NCBI GenBank assembly: GCA_011620275.1 | Contig: WOZK01000030.1 | Location: 70,242 to 134,241 of the forward strand | Reading direction: 5' to 3' | Length of the DNA: 64,000 nucleotides | Source of the DNA: Candidatus Omnitrophota bacterium | GTDB lineage: Bacteria > Omnitrophota > Gorgyraeia > Gygaellales > Profunditerraquicolaceae | In this document: positions 46,101-61,100 of the stretch, piece after piece | Numbering within the stretch: the stretch's first letter is position 1 | Layout of the letters: every line of letters begins with the position of its first letter | Made by a program: the position numbers and the translations under genes | Notes under the pieces: model-generated | What the model saw: the letters and a program-made list of their open reading frames with translations, nothing else | Told to the model about the DNA's origin: nothing | The model's database searches: none

Positions 46101-49100
46101 ATCCCAGGAAAACCGTTCCGCAAGCGATATACCGGAAAATGGATGCAAGGATACTCCGTTGTTCCTCACAAATTTCTCCAGATAATAAGAAATTCCTCCG
46201 TTATCATTCTCGGCGTGATAAACAAAATTTCTGGCACTGTTCAATTCCCTGGAATCCGGCAAAGACGGCAATACGCCGCGGTGCGCGTCGTATAACAACC
46301 TGAAAACGGAAAACTTTTTATTGAAGCCGGCGGTTTGTTCATAGAAGTGTTTCAGGAGAGAAGAGAACTTGAATTCATATAACGTATGAATTCCCTGCCT
46401 GTTCCGGCCCAGACCGTCGATCTCCTTCTCCGCGGAATACTGAGGCGCTCCCGTACTGAAGTAAAAAACTCTGCTTAATTCCCTGATGAAACCGATATCG
46501 ACCTCGTCGCGGAATACCAGATTGAATTTATGCACCCCGGAAACAACTCCGAGAATCCCCCTGATCCGGGAAATGTAACGCCGGTAATGCTGCGGGCGGA
46601 CTTTCGATTCCTTCCGCCTGACATCGCCGACTATCCGGTAGAACTCCTTGAATGTATCTATTCCGTAACTCCGCAGAAAAGCATTTCCCCGCTGCCTTCC
46701 GGTGCGTATCCCCCATATGCTTTCCGCCGCCAGTTCATCCATTTTCCTCAAGAACACCCCCATATCGACATCCGGCATAAGGACATCCCATAGAACGATG
46801 GCTTCGAGGACATCAAGCAAATCATCGAAAAAGATAGACGTATTTCCCTTGTTTTCCCGGATGGAAAAATAGGCGAATTCAAGGCATAAAGCCGCCAGCG
46901 TCCCTTCCGTAATATCAACCTTATGCCTGCCGTAAGTCTCGAAAAGGGAGGCAAGCCGCCTCCGTAAATATGCCGGGTTTGGAATATACGCGTCAATATT
47001 TTCTCCGAATACACTGTTATAAATCCGGGCCACATCGATATCTTCCAATGCATCGTTTATTTCCGAGAGAACGGCAACAGCCGGATATCCATACCCGCCG
47101 GCATCCCTTAGGATTGTGTCGCGTTCTTCTTTATGCAAACGCAGGAAAAAGTTGGTATCCTGCCTGAGTATATCCTCCTCATCCGCGGAGTTCAGTGAAT
47201 TAAGCTGATGCCGGAAAGCAAAAGTAAGGATATTATGCCTGTTACTGTTAGAAGGTTTAAGCGCCGCATCAAAGATAGAAACCGGAAAATAAACAACGCC
47301 GCCGCGTCGCTGATAAAGAAATATATTATTCTCTGTATCCTTGTAGAATACAAAAGAGAACTCGGTTGTCCGTCCCTTGTCTGCAAAAATATTTCCCCAT
47401 TCCTTATTTTTCTTTATCAAAGAAAGAGAATTCTTTATAACCTGCCATACTTCGGACTCGCGGTAGCCATCGCAGGAATCGATTATTACATCTTTGTTTA
47501 CATACTTCCCCGAGACAACCGGTTGTAAACTTACCTCCGCCCTATCCGCTTTCATATCGCTCTCGCAAACCCCGCGTTCCCCGCCGTCCGCCGTTTTCCC
47601 GCTGTCTGACAGTAAAGCATTATGGAAATCTTGTGATATATTATTAGGGAAAGAACCTATAATGAGAGGATTCAACTCGTCATTTTGGAGGGAGAATTCA
47701 TAAGGAGGTAATCCCTTGTCTATAGGCGGCGCGCGCGAGGGGACTTTTCCTCTTGTTAAAATATCATAAATGGAACACCGGGCCTCTTCAGTCCGGAGAC
47801 CGGCAGGGGGATTCATTACAATGGACGTTATCGCTTCAAACGGATGAATCCCCGCTATTTCATCTCGTGACCCTCCTGCGATATCCTGAACTACTCCGCA
47901 CCTGCCGCCGTCTTTGGCGCCGCTACTATTAGCCCCGTTATGTTTAGACACAACCACAGGTACCAAACGTTTAAATCCGTATCCGATGTATCCTGGATGT
48001 GTATTGTAGAAATTGATAATTTCCTGTATATAGGAAGAATTTTCCGGTATCTTTAAATACACCGTGCCGGTGAAATGGATACGCGGATCGCGTTTTTCTA
48101 ACGCGTACAAAGAACGGCAGATTTCTTCGACCTGTAGAAACGGTATATTATCAAGCAAAGAGGTACCAGACTCGTGCGTTTCCAGAATTTCCGCCACCCG
48201 GCCCCAATCTTTATCTAAATAAGCTATCAACAAAGGGTTAAAATCATTTTCAAATTCAGAGTTTTTCTCTATAGTGCGCAGATGAGCAATGATCGCGTAG
48301 TGTCTTATCCAGGAAAAGTCGGACCACATTTTCACTTCAATCCCCGAAACCGATATTCCTTCTTCTTCCTTGTTTGGCGCCTCGATAATACCGTCAGGCA
48401 ATCCATATCCTTCTCCACATATACCATTGCGTACCAACATCTTTTCCACATCCTTTTCTCCGCTGGTAGCAACGTACGGCTTACTGGTAAGCGCTGCGCG
48501 CTCAAAGATAAAAGAAGGCTGATCCGATATCTCAAGTTCTTTCTTTAAACTGTCCTTAAGTATAGCGATGGGTAAATCCACCCTAAGGTGATGGACTGTA
48601 AGCGGAAAATTTTCTCGGAAGAGCATTTCAATTACCTGAAAAACACTTCCGATTCTGCTCATATAAGTAAAATTACGGCAATCGGGTTCAATACCGAACA
48701 TGCGCCACACGCCCATCATATCCTTTAATAGCTTCAAATCGCCAACCAGTTGCAAAGAAACCGTGGAAATAAGGATATTGTTTTTTTCTAGTAATTTGAC
48801 TCTCTTGTTAAGTTCGCCTTCAGCTCCTGGTGAAAGAGCTAAATGAATAGTCTCCCGGCCTACAGGCAATCCCAGTCTGAACAGGGTGTGGCGCGCCCGC
48901 AGTCTCCCTTCATAAGAAATATCCGATTTATGTTCTTCTTCTGCCCGTTCAGGCTCGCTTTTATCAAGTTGTTCTTGCGCCTTGCCGGCCTCTTTAAGAA
49001 TACGTCGGGTATTCTTATTTAAGACTTCTATGATATCCGAAAAATGCGGTTGATATGACCGAGAGTCTTTCATCACACGGTATACAGCTAAAGTCAATGC

Positions 49101-52100
49101 CCCGAGAGTAAGCTTGCGCGCTCCGGCAAATTCACGCAAAGCCTGAAAGCTTTCCTTCAGCTTAATACTAAGCACATCCTCTTCGGATAAAGAATAATCT
49201 TCGCTCTCTTGCGCGTCAGATACCGCGGCGATCGACGCTTGTGCGACGTTGTGCCAATAGAGGGCGAACAGCAAATCACGTAAACTGAGCGTCTGTCCGG
49301 CCGCGGAATAAATATCACGGCCTTCCTGAAGAACTCCTTGGATTAAAAGCACTAATTCGTCCTCGGCCTCTTTCCGGGTTTGATATGCCAACCCTTTCGG
49401 ATATAAAAACCCGCCGCAATAATGACGCTGCGCTTTTATTTGAAATAAAGAGCCTTTTCTACAGGCTTCTTCCAAATATTCCGCATTACTATCCGTATAA
49501 TAGGACTCAATCTCAGCCGCAATGATGCCGATGGTAAGTGTAAGGCTGACGCGGGCACTCACTTTTTCATCAGGGTCGTATACCGTATACACAAAACCCT
49601 TCCGATCGGAATGCCAATAAACAATCATCCCGCCTTTCCTGGCCTGTTCCAGAAACACACGCGCGCGCGCGTCAAAATGAGCCCGCTGGGACGCCGTGTT
49701 CTCCCCGAAATAGGGGATATCATTATAAAACGCCTGCCTGGCAAGGCTGCGCAGAGGTTTCCCGTATTCAGAAGACCAGCGTAATGGAGCAGGCCGGCGC
49801 CCGGGATTTTCACAGAATACCGCATCCCACATATTCACCGCCATATATAAATCTCTATACCGGTCCTGCTTGACAAACCGTTCAAGATCGGCGCCGTAGA
49901 GATCCACAAGGACATTCAAGGCCTGTTCGGGGATCTTGCCGGAAAGAATCAAGACCTCAGGAGATGTACGCAGAAGAAATTCTTTGAGTGCCCGATTCCT
50001 CTCACGAGACAATATCTGCCGCAGACGCGGTAGAATATTTTTGTTATCGGCCCCTCCATCTTTACCTGTTCTTTTACGCCCTCCGGCCGGTTCAGTATGC
50101 CCGCCGTTTTTTTCTTCTCTTATACCTGTATTTAGCCGGGGGGAAATAATTCCTTGCGCGTCAGAGCCCTTCCGAATTTCTAACTCATATCCGCCGTCCT
50201 TGGTATTCTCTAAAGGCAGATTCAATACTGTTTGCGAAAATAGTCCTAAAATGTCCGTCTGGTTCCTTTCTCCGTTATATACTATTCCTTCAATAATCTT
50301 CACCGCAATATTGTTCAACCATTCCCCCTCCGGTCGGAACCCAAACCTAAGATAAAATATTAACGCGCCGGCCCCTAAAGCATCCGGGTTGTTAATCTGG
50401 CAGGAAGGAATAATAAATCTGTCCAACATGTATTCGTTATTCTCAAAAATACTGTTTACGACCGCCAGCCGCGAAGGAAAGATTTCCCTTGCCCTGTGTT
50501 GTGGCCTGTATTCCTTAAAAAAGTGCATACCTAAAGATAGGTCTCCTCCAAATAAATGGCTGAGACCGTAACCAATTATTTTCTGTGTGTTCTTATCCAT
50601 AAAAATCTCGAGAAATCCTTCCAAGTTGATGTCTCTTTGATCCGGGATTAGAACCAAAGAAGTATTTTGGTCCAACTCCGCCCGGTAAATAGTTTGAAGA
50701 TCCAAGAGACCAAGATTCGCCAAACTGTTTTTTTGTCTAAGTAATTCCACGGCAGGGATGGATAGAGTTTCAGCAGATAATCCGGTTATTTTATTGACTT
50801 TTATCTCACAAGGACGACGCAGTAATTCTCGCATCTCTTTGGGAAGCATCCACATCCCTAATTCCCAACGTAAAGAAGGAATCCCCTGACCGGAAGCAAG
50901 GAGCGGAGGAAATTTTCTCCCCCCATCCATTCGATCTGTCACCGTTACTCTCCCACTTCCCAGCACACCTTCCAACGGACACGATGTCTTTTTTATATTA
51001 CCCCCGTCTAAATTGCCGGAGACACCAGCCTGAGGTCGGGGTTTGTCAGGTAACTTTAAGGCTATATAGAAACAAGTTATCGCAAGCCCCCAGCATGTTC
51101 CTGCCGGAAAATCTAAACCGGAGAGATACGATAATAAACCTAAAGGTATAATCATGCCTGCCAGGATTAAATATAGAAGCGGACTCTCTTCCTTGGACTT
51201 TTCCGCAATATCATCTTCGCTTATAAACAATAATACCGCGGCCCCGAATAATGTTCCGCCCCATACTCCCTGAATCACAAAACCCGCGAGCATAAATATA
51301 AAACCCTTGATTGCGTGAACACCTCCGTCACTACGGACTGCTCCCGAAGATCCATTGTCTGTGTCTTTCCGCTTTATTTGCGCTTTCCACCATTGCGGCA
51401 GACTGGAAACCGGGATGTTTATATCATATTTCTCCAATTGTTCCAACCCGGTCCAATCACGTTCCCATAGATGCAAGATGGCGGGGGAAGCTATCTCTCC
51501 CATCACATACCAGTCGGGAAAACATTCCACAAAAAATTCATATAAACGTGAATGTATTAGCGAACCATAACCTTTGTGTTGGAACTTCCAGCTCATTGCC
51601 AGATTCTTCAGCCAGAGAGTTTTGTTTTTATTGACCTTTCCCGCTTTTTTCGAGAAAGGAAAATTAGTAAATTCAAATAAGAAAAGAATACCTTTATTGC
51701 CCGCGCCCACTTCATGAACATAAATAGGATTTGTCCCAATCTGCTCATATCTCGCCTGCTCAAGGATTTCCTTTTCAGCAACCAGCAGCCGGATCTCAAA
51801 AAGCTCCTTTTCACCTATTATCCTGACATTCTTCATATACGCGTAAACCAATGTTCCTTGACCCGCGGTATATTCATATCTCCCGTTCCAGAACGAGGCA
51901 CGACCTCCCTGAGGATAATCTTCACGTATTAGTACTCCTAAAGGTCCCCCGTTCTTAGATTCCAACTCCTGCCCCAAACGCCCCAGCCAGGAATAATTCT
52001 CAAACATATCCGCCCGGGCGCCGCCGTCAAAACCGAAAGATTCATCTCCCGGCTGATATATCCCTCCCCTTTCTCTATACCGTTTCAACAACGGCTGAAG

Positions 52101-55100
52101 AATATTGCAGGGAATCGCCCAATGCAGCTCTCTCACAGGCGCGTCTTTCCGCAACAGTTCCTTGACATAGGAGGAACTGACATTTGTATAAACATACGGC
52201 ACCAAGAATACTGTCGGTATCGAAGGAGCCAGTAAAAGGTTGGCCCAGGCAAGCGGAAGTTCGCTCTTTAGATCCTTATAGTCCCTGACCCCGCGCCGAA
52301 ACACCCCCGCGCCAAAACTGCGCGCGCAATCAACCGTCAATCCGTCGTAACAAATAACCTTTACATTAGTAATCCCGGCGGTTTTCAGGCAAAATTCGAT
52401 CATCGCTTTGTTCTCCTGCCGCGAAAACCACTGCTTCCCCTCCTTATCCGGGTTGGGACCGATACCGATGTAAACAGTATCGAACATCGCCACCGCCCTG
52501 CGCACTACTTCCAGGTGCCCGTTGGTGAAAGTATCGGCAGACCGGGAATCGTCCTTAAAATACCCCGGATACACGGCAATTATGCCTTTGCCTGTTGCAT
52601 CGCGAATGGGTTCCCGGGAAAACCGTAACGTTCCAGATGTGGATAGCGAAGACTGCCGTTCCCCGCCGTCACGGCTATTTTTGCGCAAACTGCCGGCCGC
52701 TTCTCTTTTAGCGGAAAGACGATGATGGAAAACCTTGAACCATCCGCGGTGTTCCTTTAGGAAATTATACGCCGCACTCAACGCTTCCTGAAAACTCAAA
52801 TCATTTTCGATGCCCGGGTAAATTATACGGTCTTTTAGACACTCCATAGTCTTTGCCGGAGAATATCCTTCCTGATCAAGCCGCATACAGAGTTTCGCTA
52901 ATAGAACAAGATTATCCTGGTACAAACTAACATCCCCTTTTGAAAAGCGCGCGGCCAAAGGAACTCCGATCTCCAGCACTTTACATATATGGAATATTCC
53001 GGCGTCCAGTAATCGCTCCCCCATATCAACGGCAGGTTTGACCCATTCGCCGTTGTATCCCTCTAAGGCCGCGAGCATCTTTGGCAGGGCTCTTTCACAT
53101 AGATAGTTAATGCTTATTCTTAAGGTCTGCGCTTTTTCAATCAATCCGCTTATTGGCGAAGTCGGAGGAATAACAGAGATTCGTTCGGTGGTTTCCCCGC
53201 CGTCTTTTTGGGCCTTTTCCTGTTCCTGCCTACTCACCTCTGGAAGAATACGCCTGCGTATCTTTAAGAGGTATTTTTTCTGACACGGAACCCCAGCCTT
53301 CCGTACTGCCTTATACAAATCATCGCCATTCAAGTCGCCTTTCTTCTCGATCACGTCTAATATTATTTTCTTAAGCAAATAATCTCTCGCTTTACAACAC
53401 AAATCCTTCCAATCCTTAAACCAGTCGTTACGGCATTTATGAAAAGCAATTTTAATTTTCGGGTCGTGTTTAAATACTTCTGTTTTAGAAATGGGACTTG
53501 CCTTTCTACTTGGCCCTCTCTGAGCGCGAATTTGTTCTAACGCGGCGTTAACCCTTTGAAATAATTCTTCTTGAGTCTTTATATCCTGATAAATATCCTC
53601 TTCATTAGTTATTTGCAATATAAACAACCGGAACCGGCAGTCTAAACGATATTTTCCTCCATATGGAGCAGGCGACAACAACTTTTCTCCTCCGCAATCA
53701 AGCTTGCCTACCAGCCTGCTGAAGAATTTGTTATTCATTAAAATGTAGGAAAGCTTCCCGTTCCACCTTTTAACTTTGGCCACGTAGATCTTCTCATTTG
53801 GTTTGGTGTTATGCGCGACAGCTGTCAACACCTCCCGTTCATCTTGCGATAGCCCGTTCCAGAGCGGCATGAACATCTCAGAATCTACCGTTTGCTCTGC
53901 CTCATGCGTTCCGCCGTCAAGAACATCCATACTCCCTTTTTCCACACCGGCCGGAAAATCAGGCTTACCATCCGCTCTATACTTCCGTATCTTCATCTTT
54001 GATATCTGGCCGATGTACAAAAGATACAGGCCGGACAACAGTTCCCGGAGTATAGGATCCATGAAAGACTCCGGCGTGTAACCGCGGGAAAGAGCCACGG
54101 TTATTACATATGGCTTTACCTTTTTCTCTTCCAGAATCTTACAGATTCCTCGGATCTGCTTTCGTAATATCCCCAATATGCCCTCTATCTCCGCTTCTTG
54201 CTTGTCTTCAATCGGGCTTATATTTTTATCCCAGAAGTAATCGGCGTCGAAATCGAGGATCACCGGTTTGCGGTTCAGGCTGAAATCCGGCAGTTCATCC
54301 GTATAAACCTTGTGCACTTTTATTCTACGCACCGCGCCTACCGTTATATCCCATCCTGTATTTTCTCTGAAATCCATCACCCAACTTCCTTCTTCCAAAG
54401 GATGAACCGGCCGGAAATAAATCACAGGATGCGTTCCGGTGCCATTTTTAACCGTCAGGTCAGCAACATACATATCGATCTCCTTCCGCTCACTGATAAG
54501 AAAATTGGCGAAATAACGATAGCTGTTGACGGGTTTGAATATGGGCGAGACATCGGGATTCCAATAAAGATATTTTCTTCGACCATCACGCATATACTCC
54601 GGCAATACCCAGTATATCTCATCGACATATCCATCATATACGGCCGGGGATATAAATTGATCAAAGGCGGGGCGTCTCCGGGCGACGGCCTTGATACTTC
54701 GAGACAACGGGTAAAAATCCCAAATGTCGCACATATCCTGATGCGTGTCAAAATGTATCAAAACAGCAGGATTGGTAATACGCTTCAGGAGCCTGCCGAT
54801 CTCCCAAGATGAAAACGCGTCCCCATGGTTTTCCATAAGAAACATCCGCGGAGCCTTGGAAGGACCTTGAACCTCAAAAATGCTATCCCTCCCTGCTTGC
54901 AAAATCGTTTTTACTAAAGAGGACCGGCTAAAGCTCTCCCTGCCGCCGCGTATAGTGTCTCTTACGGCCGAATCTACCGCTTCTGTACTTACCATCCCCT
55001 TTTTTAAAGAAGCATCTCTTGGAGTCACTAATTTCCCTTTGCCGCCGTCCTGTTCACGGGCATAACCACGGTAATTCTGCACAGCAGCCGCTCCGCCTTC

Positions 55101-58100
55101 TTTTTCCAGAATGTTAAGCATATTTTCGAAAGAAGAAACACCCATTATTTCCCGTATTCTCCGCAACCGTTGTAAATACAAACCCCTTTCGCTTCCGCTC
55201 TCATCCGCTGCCAGCCGCAATAACAATGTTCCCGCCTTCTTTGTGTTGCAATAACATCCGGCGAACCAGCTTCGGAATGCACCCTCATCATCCGTCATTC
55301 TTATTTTCCTGTCTGGAGACAATGGTTTGAACCCGAAAGCTTCCCTTATTCGGCACATCTCAGCGATATCAATCATTGACCAAACCAGAGGAAAAGGGAA
55401 TTTTTGCAGCAGGCCGGTTCCCTGTTTTGAGAACAAATAAGCGATATTAACAGCGGCCAAATGAGGATTATTTTCCGCGATTAAGCGATTCCTGTCCTTT
55501 TCATTCAACCGGCAGCAGCCGCTTTTTTCCAGGTAATTGATCAATACTGCATTCATAATGCCGTCTAAAGATACCCGTCTAAAACCCCAGACGGGTAACT
55601 TACTCCACGTATCGCCGACCAAATCGGACAATTCGTTGGAAGAGAATAAAGCGAACACATCCGGGAAAATATCCGGCAGATGTGCCGGAGGAATGCTGGA
55701 ACCGACGCTCACCGAAGTTTGCCGGGTCATACTCTTTTCCGCTCCTGTCAAAAACGCTTTCAAAAATGATTTATTTGAGCGCACGGCGCGGAAAAACTCT
55801 TTATGCGGGCCGCAATCACCGAATAGAGCAAGCAGTGAATAAAACAAAACCGTTATACTAAAGTCAAACAGCCGTATTTCTTTATTCTTGCCGCTGATCC
55901 CGGTCAAAACGGCAAGCTGTTTCAAATCAAATAACGCCTCATGCAACTCTATATTAGAGGTGGAGTGCTGATCGTAAGTACGGGAGAGATATGTTGTGGA
56001 CGTACCCGAATCTCTAAAAAGAGGGGTGCGGATACCGGGGGTAACATATATTGCACAATCCGGCGGGGTATTGGGAAGCAAAGATATGGCAAAAAGAAAC
56101 TTTTGTTCAATCCCGGGATTACTGCGGCTTGCCGGCATATCCAACTGCCCGCCGGCAATCTTACCGGCGCGATACGTAAACCTTCTCTCCCAAAAACGGC
56201 TATTGCTGAATATAAGAGGAAAGACTTTCTCCCCTCCGTCTCTGCCCGGATTTTTCGCATCCTTCGGAGAACGTCTTGTTACCTTACACCCGTATTGGAC
56301 CACAATAACGGTAATTTGGGCAGACGTCTTTTCAAAAGGCAATCCGGACAAGATTCTTTCCGCTAATGATACCGCCTCTAGATCAACAATCCCTTTTCCG
56401 TTTACATATCTTTCGAATGCCAACAGGTATTCGCCCAGGGCTTCCGCGTTGGTGTTCTTTTTTCTGCTTCTATCAGTCAAGATGGCATCTATTCCCGGCA
56501 TATAATTCATCAAAGACAACCGATGAATAAACGTATCCCAAGCGGTATCCTTTTCTATAATACGCCGCATTTCCTCGGAGAATTTGGCGCGCAGAAAGTG
56601 GAGTAGCCCTTCTCCTAACTTCTTGTTGAGATACGCCAGATCACAGCGTTGTGCGCTTAACGCCTGCCGGAAAAGAGGCAGCCAAAAACCGTAGAATTCC
56701 GAGTCTTCTCCGGACAATCTGAATAACTTTCTCTCATCGAAAACCCAGGCTTGTTCCGTTCCATTGACGACAGTATATCCTTTGTCAGACAGTTCTTTTG
56801 CTTTTGTCGGCGGGACCTCCGTCACTATTCTGTCGATATATTCAAACTTGCCGCTATTTAATTGTGAAAGTAACTCTTTCTGATTAACGATACACATATT
56901 GCCTTTTGTTGAATATCCGACTCCCAGACCCTTCAGGGACGTAAGCAATTTTTGCGAACTGCGCAATTTTAAATCAGCATCCCCGCCGTCATTTTTACGG
57001 TTATTCCGCGCGCCGGTTGCTCCCATTTCTTCGAGAACGCGTTGAAAAGAAGGGTTTTCTTTCCTTAAACTCAATTCCCCGGCTTCCACAAAACCCCTGA
57101 ATGAGCCTTCAGCAGCTACTTCCCTCATTATTCTTTGCAGTTCAATCAACTCACGCTGCAAATCCGATGCCGTTTGCCCGGAGAAAAAACCCAACACCAC
57201 TTTTAGATTCTCTAAAGTGGGGGGTATACGATAACCGGCAAATAGGCCGGCTAACGGATGCTGAACAAGAACACCCGGTTGCAGCTTGTTGAACGTTTCT
57301 TTTGGTCCATAAGGCAGTGAATACGATAACGTGATCAGATATTCAGAGATTAATCCTACATCGGCGGCATTCCACACCGCTTCCCAGATACGCACTTCTT
57401 TATCATCTAAAACTGCCTGTATTCGATCAATCCCTCTATGAACGGAACGTAAAGAATTCAAATGAAAAAGAGCTGATTTGAATGCGCGCATCCTAATTTG
57501 CATATTTATCTTTTCATCAAGTTCTTTCCTGAACGAAATAAAGTTCTCTTGATCGAAACTCGGTGTTTCTGTCTCGACTAACCCCGTGCCGCAAGATACC
57601 GGAAAAATCCCTTCGTCATTTTCACACTGGTAAAGACCTGCCTCTCCTCTAAGGCAGGGTGTTATTCCACTAGGCCCTGGTAAAATCCAGCGCTCTGTGG
57701 GATAGTCTGCGCTCCTTTCATCGCCAACGCCCGCGTGAACATGCGCCGGGCGTTTACGGGATTTCCCTGATTTTACGGAAGCGGGACACTCATTACGCCG
57801 GGAGTTTTTCTTCCACTCGTTGTATTTCTGTGTCAGTAAATCATCGTAGTATTTACCGCCGGGATTAGTCAGTTTTTTCACCCAGGCGTAAAAGGCGTCA
57901 TACGTGATCCTTTTTCCATTAGACCGCAGAAGTTCGAATCCTTTATGGGGGTTATAATCGCTCTTTTTAAGCGCTGAAACAACTTCTTCAGCGGTCAATC
58001 TGTTTTTGTTGTAATCACCGGCGAACTTCTTGTCGTATCCAGGCTCCCCCGGTGTGGTCAACCTGTAAACCACTGTGTCCATCACGCCGCGGCTTACCAA

Positions 58101-61100
58101 CTTGCCATTGGAACACAAATGCCTCAAGGCTGCATTTGTACGGAAACCATTCTCCCGCATCGCTTTTTTTATGTCCTCCCGCGAGGCCTTACCGGCCGGC
58201 ATATTCTTGATACCCTGTACAGGCACAGATACCTTTTTGCCTGGATCCCCGGATTTCTTAAGATGATCTCCGAATAATCCGAATTCCTTTTCCTTAGCAC
58301 GGAATTCCGCGCTTTTCTTGCGTAATCTTCGCACCCTCGTTTTGAAAGTATTCAGCTTGACCACATATCCTTCCTTTTGAAGCAAAGCGAGAGCGCGACT
58401 ACCGTGAAAATTAGTTCTCTCCATGCAATCAAGGATAACTTCATCCGGGACTCTGTCGGCATAGAACTTCTCTTTAACAGCAGCTTTGTGACGTTCGATG
58501 ACTTCTAAATACTTGGGGTCTTTCCTCAACTGCCGATAATGATGTTCACTGATCCCCAGACGCTTAATTGCCGATTCTATAACGCCTCCGGCATCCGCAA
58601 GCGCCTGGTCAAGCTCTTGCGGGGAAGGGCTGATAGAAGGAGGATAAACTCTTTTATTCCTATCCCTGCCGATAATAAAATAGTACCCTTTACCTTCTCT
58701 GTCAGAAACAGGACTGCCTTCTTTATCCTTGATAATCCGGACTGCTCTTACTCTGCCATCTTTGATCACCACCTCGGCCTCTGCTTGAGGAAATCGAGAG
58801 AAAGTTTTCCATGTGCGGTTGCCCACATAGACTGCTCCGGAAGGAGGCAATATGAAATTCTTTAACGTATGGTCCTGCAATTTACTTAATTCTTTTCCGG
58901 ACAAATGGAACCGTTTCCCCTCCATCGCACTTGTCGCATTATTCCAGACCTCAAACGGGACAGACATCTTATACCGCCCGTCCCCGCCGTCATTGTTAAG
59001 AACTTTTTGTATAATCTTCCCCAGAAAAGCGGCGTCTCTTGCCGCAACCCTCTTAATATTCTCAGGGGTAGATTCATATTCAAGGATAAATACTTCCGAA
59101 AAACCGCGTTCTTTAATCAATATTTTCAATACTTCTTCCAGCGCGCCATTCAACGAAAGGGCCTTATATAAAGGAAGATGGATTTCTTTTGTCATCTGAT
59201 TAAGGAAATCGCTTCCATGAGCGTGAACTACCGCTATGGGAATATCCGTATCAAGTTCACGCAGAAATTTATCAGGAGCGCCTTGCGGAGAAGCCAAAGC
59301 ATGTCCCAAATCCAGCGTCATCCCCAGATGTTTTTTCTCCCGGGAGCTTAAAATCCCGGATAAAGACGCGAATGTCGAATTCATATCAGCCGCGCTATGC
59401 CAGTCCGCGTTTAGCTTTATTGGGATCTGATGGACATTTTCTATGCTCAAAACAACCTTTTCCCTTTCAGCTAACCGGACCAAAGGAAGAACACTGTCGG
59501 TGAATAGTTTTCCCGGAGTAGTCAAATGCATAGTAACCGCGCGCGCGCCGACTCGTGAAGCAAATTCAATTGTCTCCCGAATCGCCCGCGTATTTGCCTG
59601 TTCTTTAACAATATCGACATGCGGGGCGTGACAGGTCAAATAAACCGCGTTTTCTTCCGATGCCGCCTTTAGCGCGTCAACCGTGCTTGGACTGACAGAA
59701 GAAGGCCTGTATCCCGAAAACGCTATTTCAAGGCTGTTCAAATTTCCCCCGATCTCATTAACGGCTTTCAGCAAAGGAATAATGCCGCTGGCATCAGCGC
59801 CTTTCCAATAAGACGGTCCGGTTTTAAGCTCATATCCGCCGTCTTCTTTATCTCCTTCACCTGCCTGTTCACAAGGTTTATTCCCAAGCATAAGGTGCGC
59901 TGTAATCATAATAACATCTTCATCCGCCGGCTCATCCACCGGGCTGATTTCAATATAGAACTCACCTTCTCCAATCTCCTCCGGAGAGCAAGATTCCGTA
60001 TATCCGGCTTGCCGGAAGGCATTCAATATTTCCTGATATGCCGGCTCAACACCGCCAAACGCTTCCGCATGGACAACGAAGGTAATAGCGTTGGATAATT
60101 CCGATTTTCCTACACTGGATAATGCCGCTCTTCTGAGAATAAGCAGGCTGGAGGCCAGGTATTCATCAATCCCCAGATACCAGTTGCTTTCATCCGGCAT
60201 TACCACTGAAGGAATATTAAACAGCCACTGCAGCTCTCCGACCGGAATCTCAACCGGCACTTCGGTGATCACGCCTTTTTCATCGATCTCAATCCATTTA
60301 TTTCCATTCTCATAGTCTCGATCCGGAAAATCCTCTCTGCGGTGCGGCCCTATGGACTGCTCGGAGTATAAAGCACAAAGGATCACTGCCCAGGAGAAAT
60401 CGAGTTTATTGCGCAGTTCCAGAGCCTTTCTGGTTGTCAAGGTCATCTCCGAAATTTTTTCCCGCATCTCCTCTACCGCCCTCTTTGCTTCTGTCAGGCC
60501 TTCTTTATTCCTGGTCAACCACACATTTTTCTGCATTATTTCTCCCATCCGCCTATCCATCGCTTCAACATCAGACAGTTCTTCTCCCGGAGAAACACGG
60601 TATAATACTTCAGGAATAGCTATACCCGCCAAAGAAAGCTCTTCTTTTCCAAAAACATACTCCTTCATCGCCATAGCCGCGTTAAAAGCCATCTGTAAAA
60701 GCTCGGATAAGGAATTACTCGCCATGCGCTCTGCGCCATGAAGCCCGGTATATGCCGATTCTCCCAAAACAAACAGCCGTTTGAGCAAAGATCTGCCGGA
60801 TTTGTTCACGGGCGCGCCTCCTATGGTATAATGTGCCGCCGGCGCAATCCTGATCAAGTGTTCGGCCTCGTTAAAATTCTTGTCGCGCTTTTTAATCTCT
60901 TCATAGAGATTACCGAAATGCTCCTTAAAATCTTCCATATCGGGTATAAATAGGTAAACATATGGCTTGCCCGACTTCTCCATTTCCTGCAATATCGCCA
61001 GAGAAACCACATAACGTTCCGCCATTTCCAGCTTAGGGTCGTATTTATGCATGAAAAAGACCGGATTTCCGTCCTCATCAGGCTCAAGAACACAAAGCCG

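Noticed and set aside
46190-53710. Near-miss motifs (DCGG, KNGG, DAGG, DNGG)
   Set aside because: Not counted as junctions; several lie inside apparent domains and may be chance
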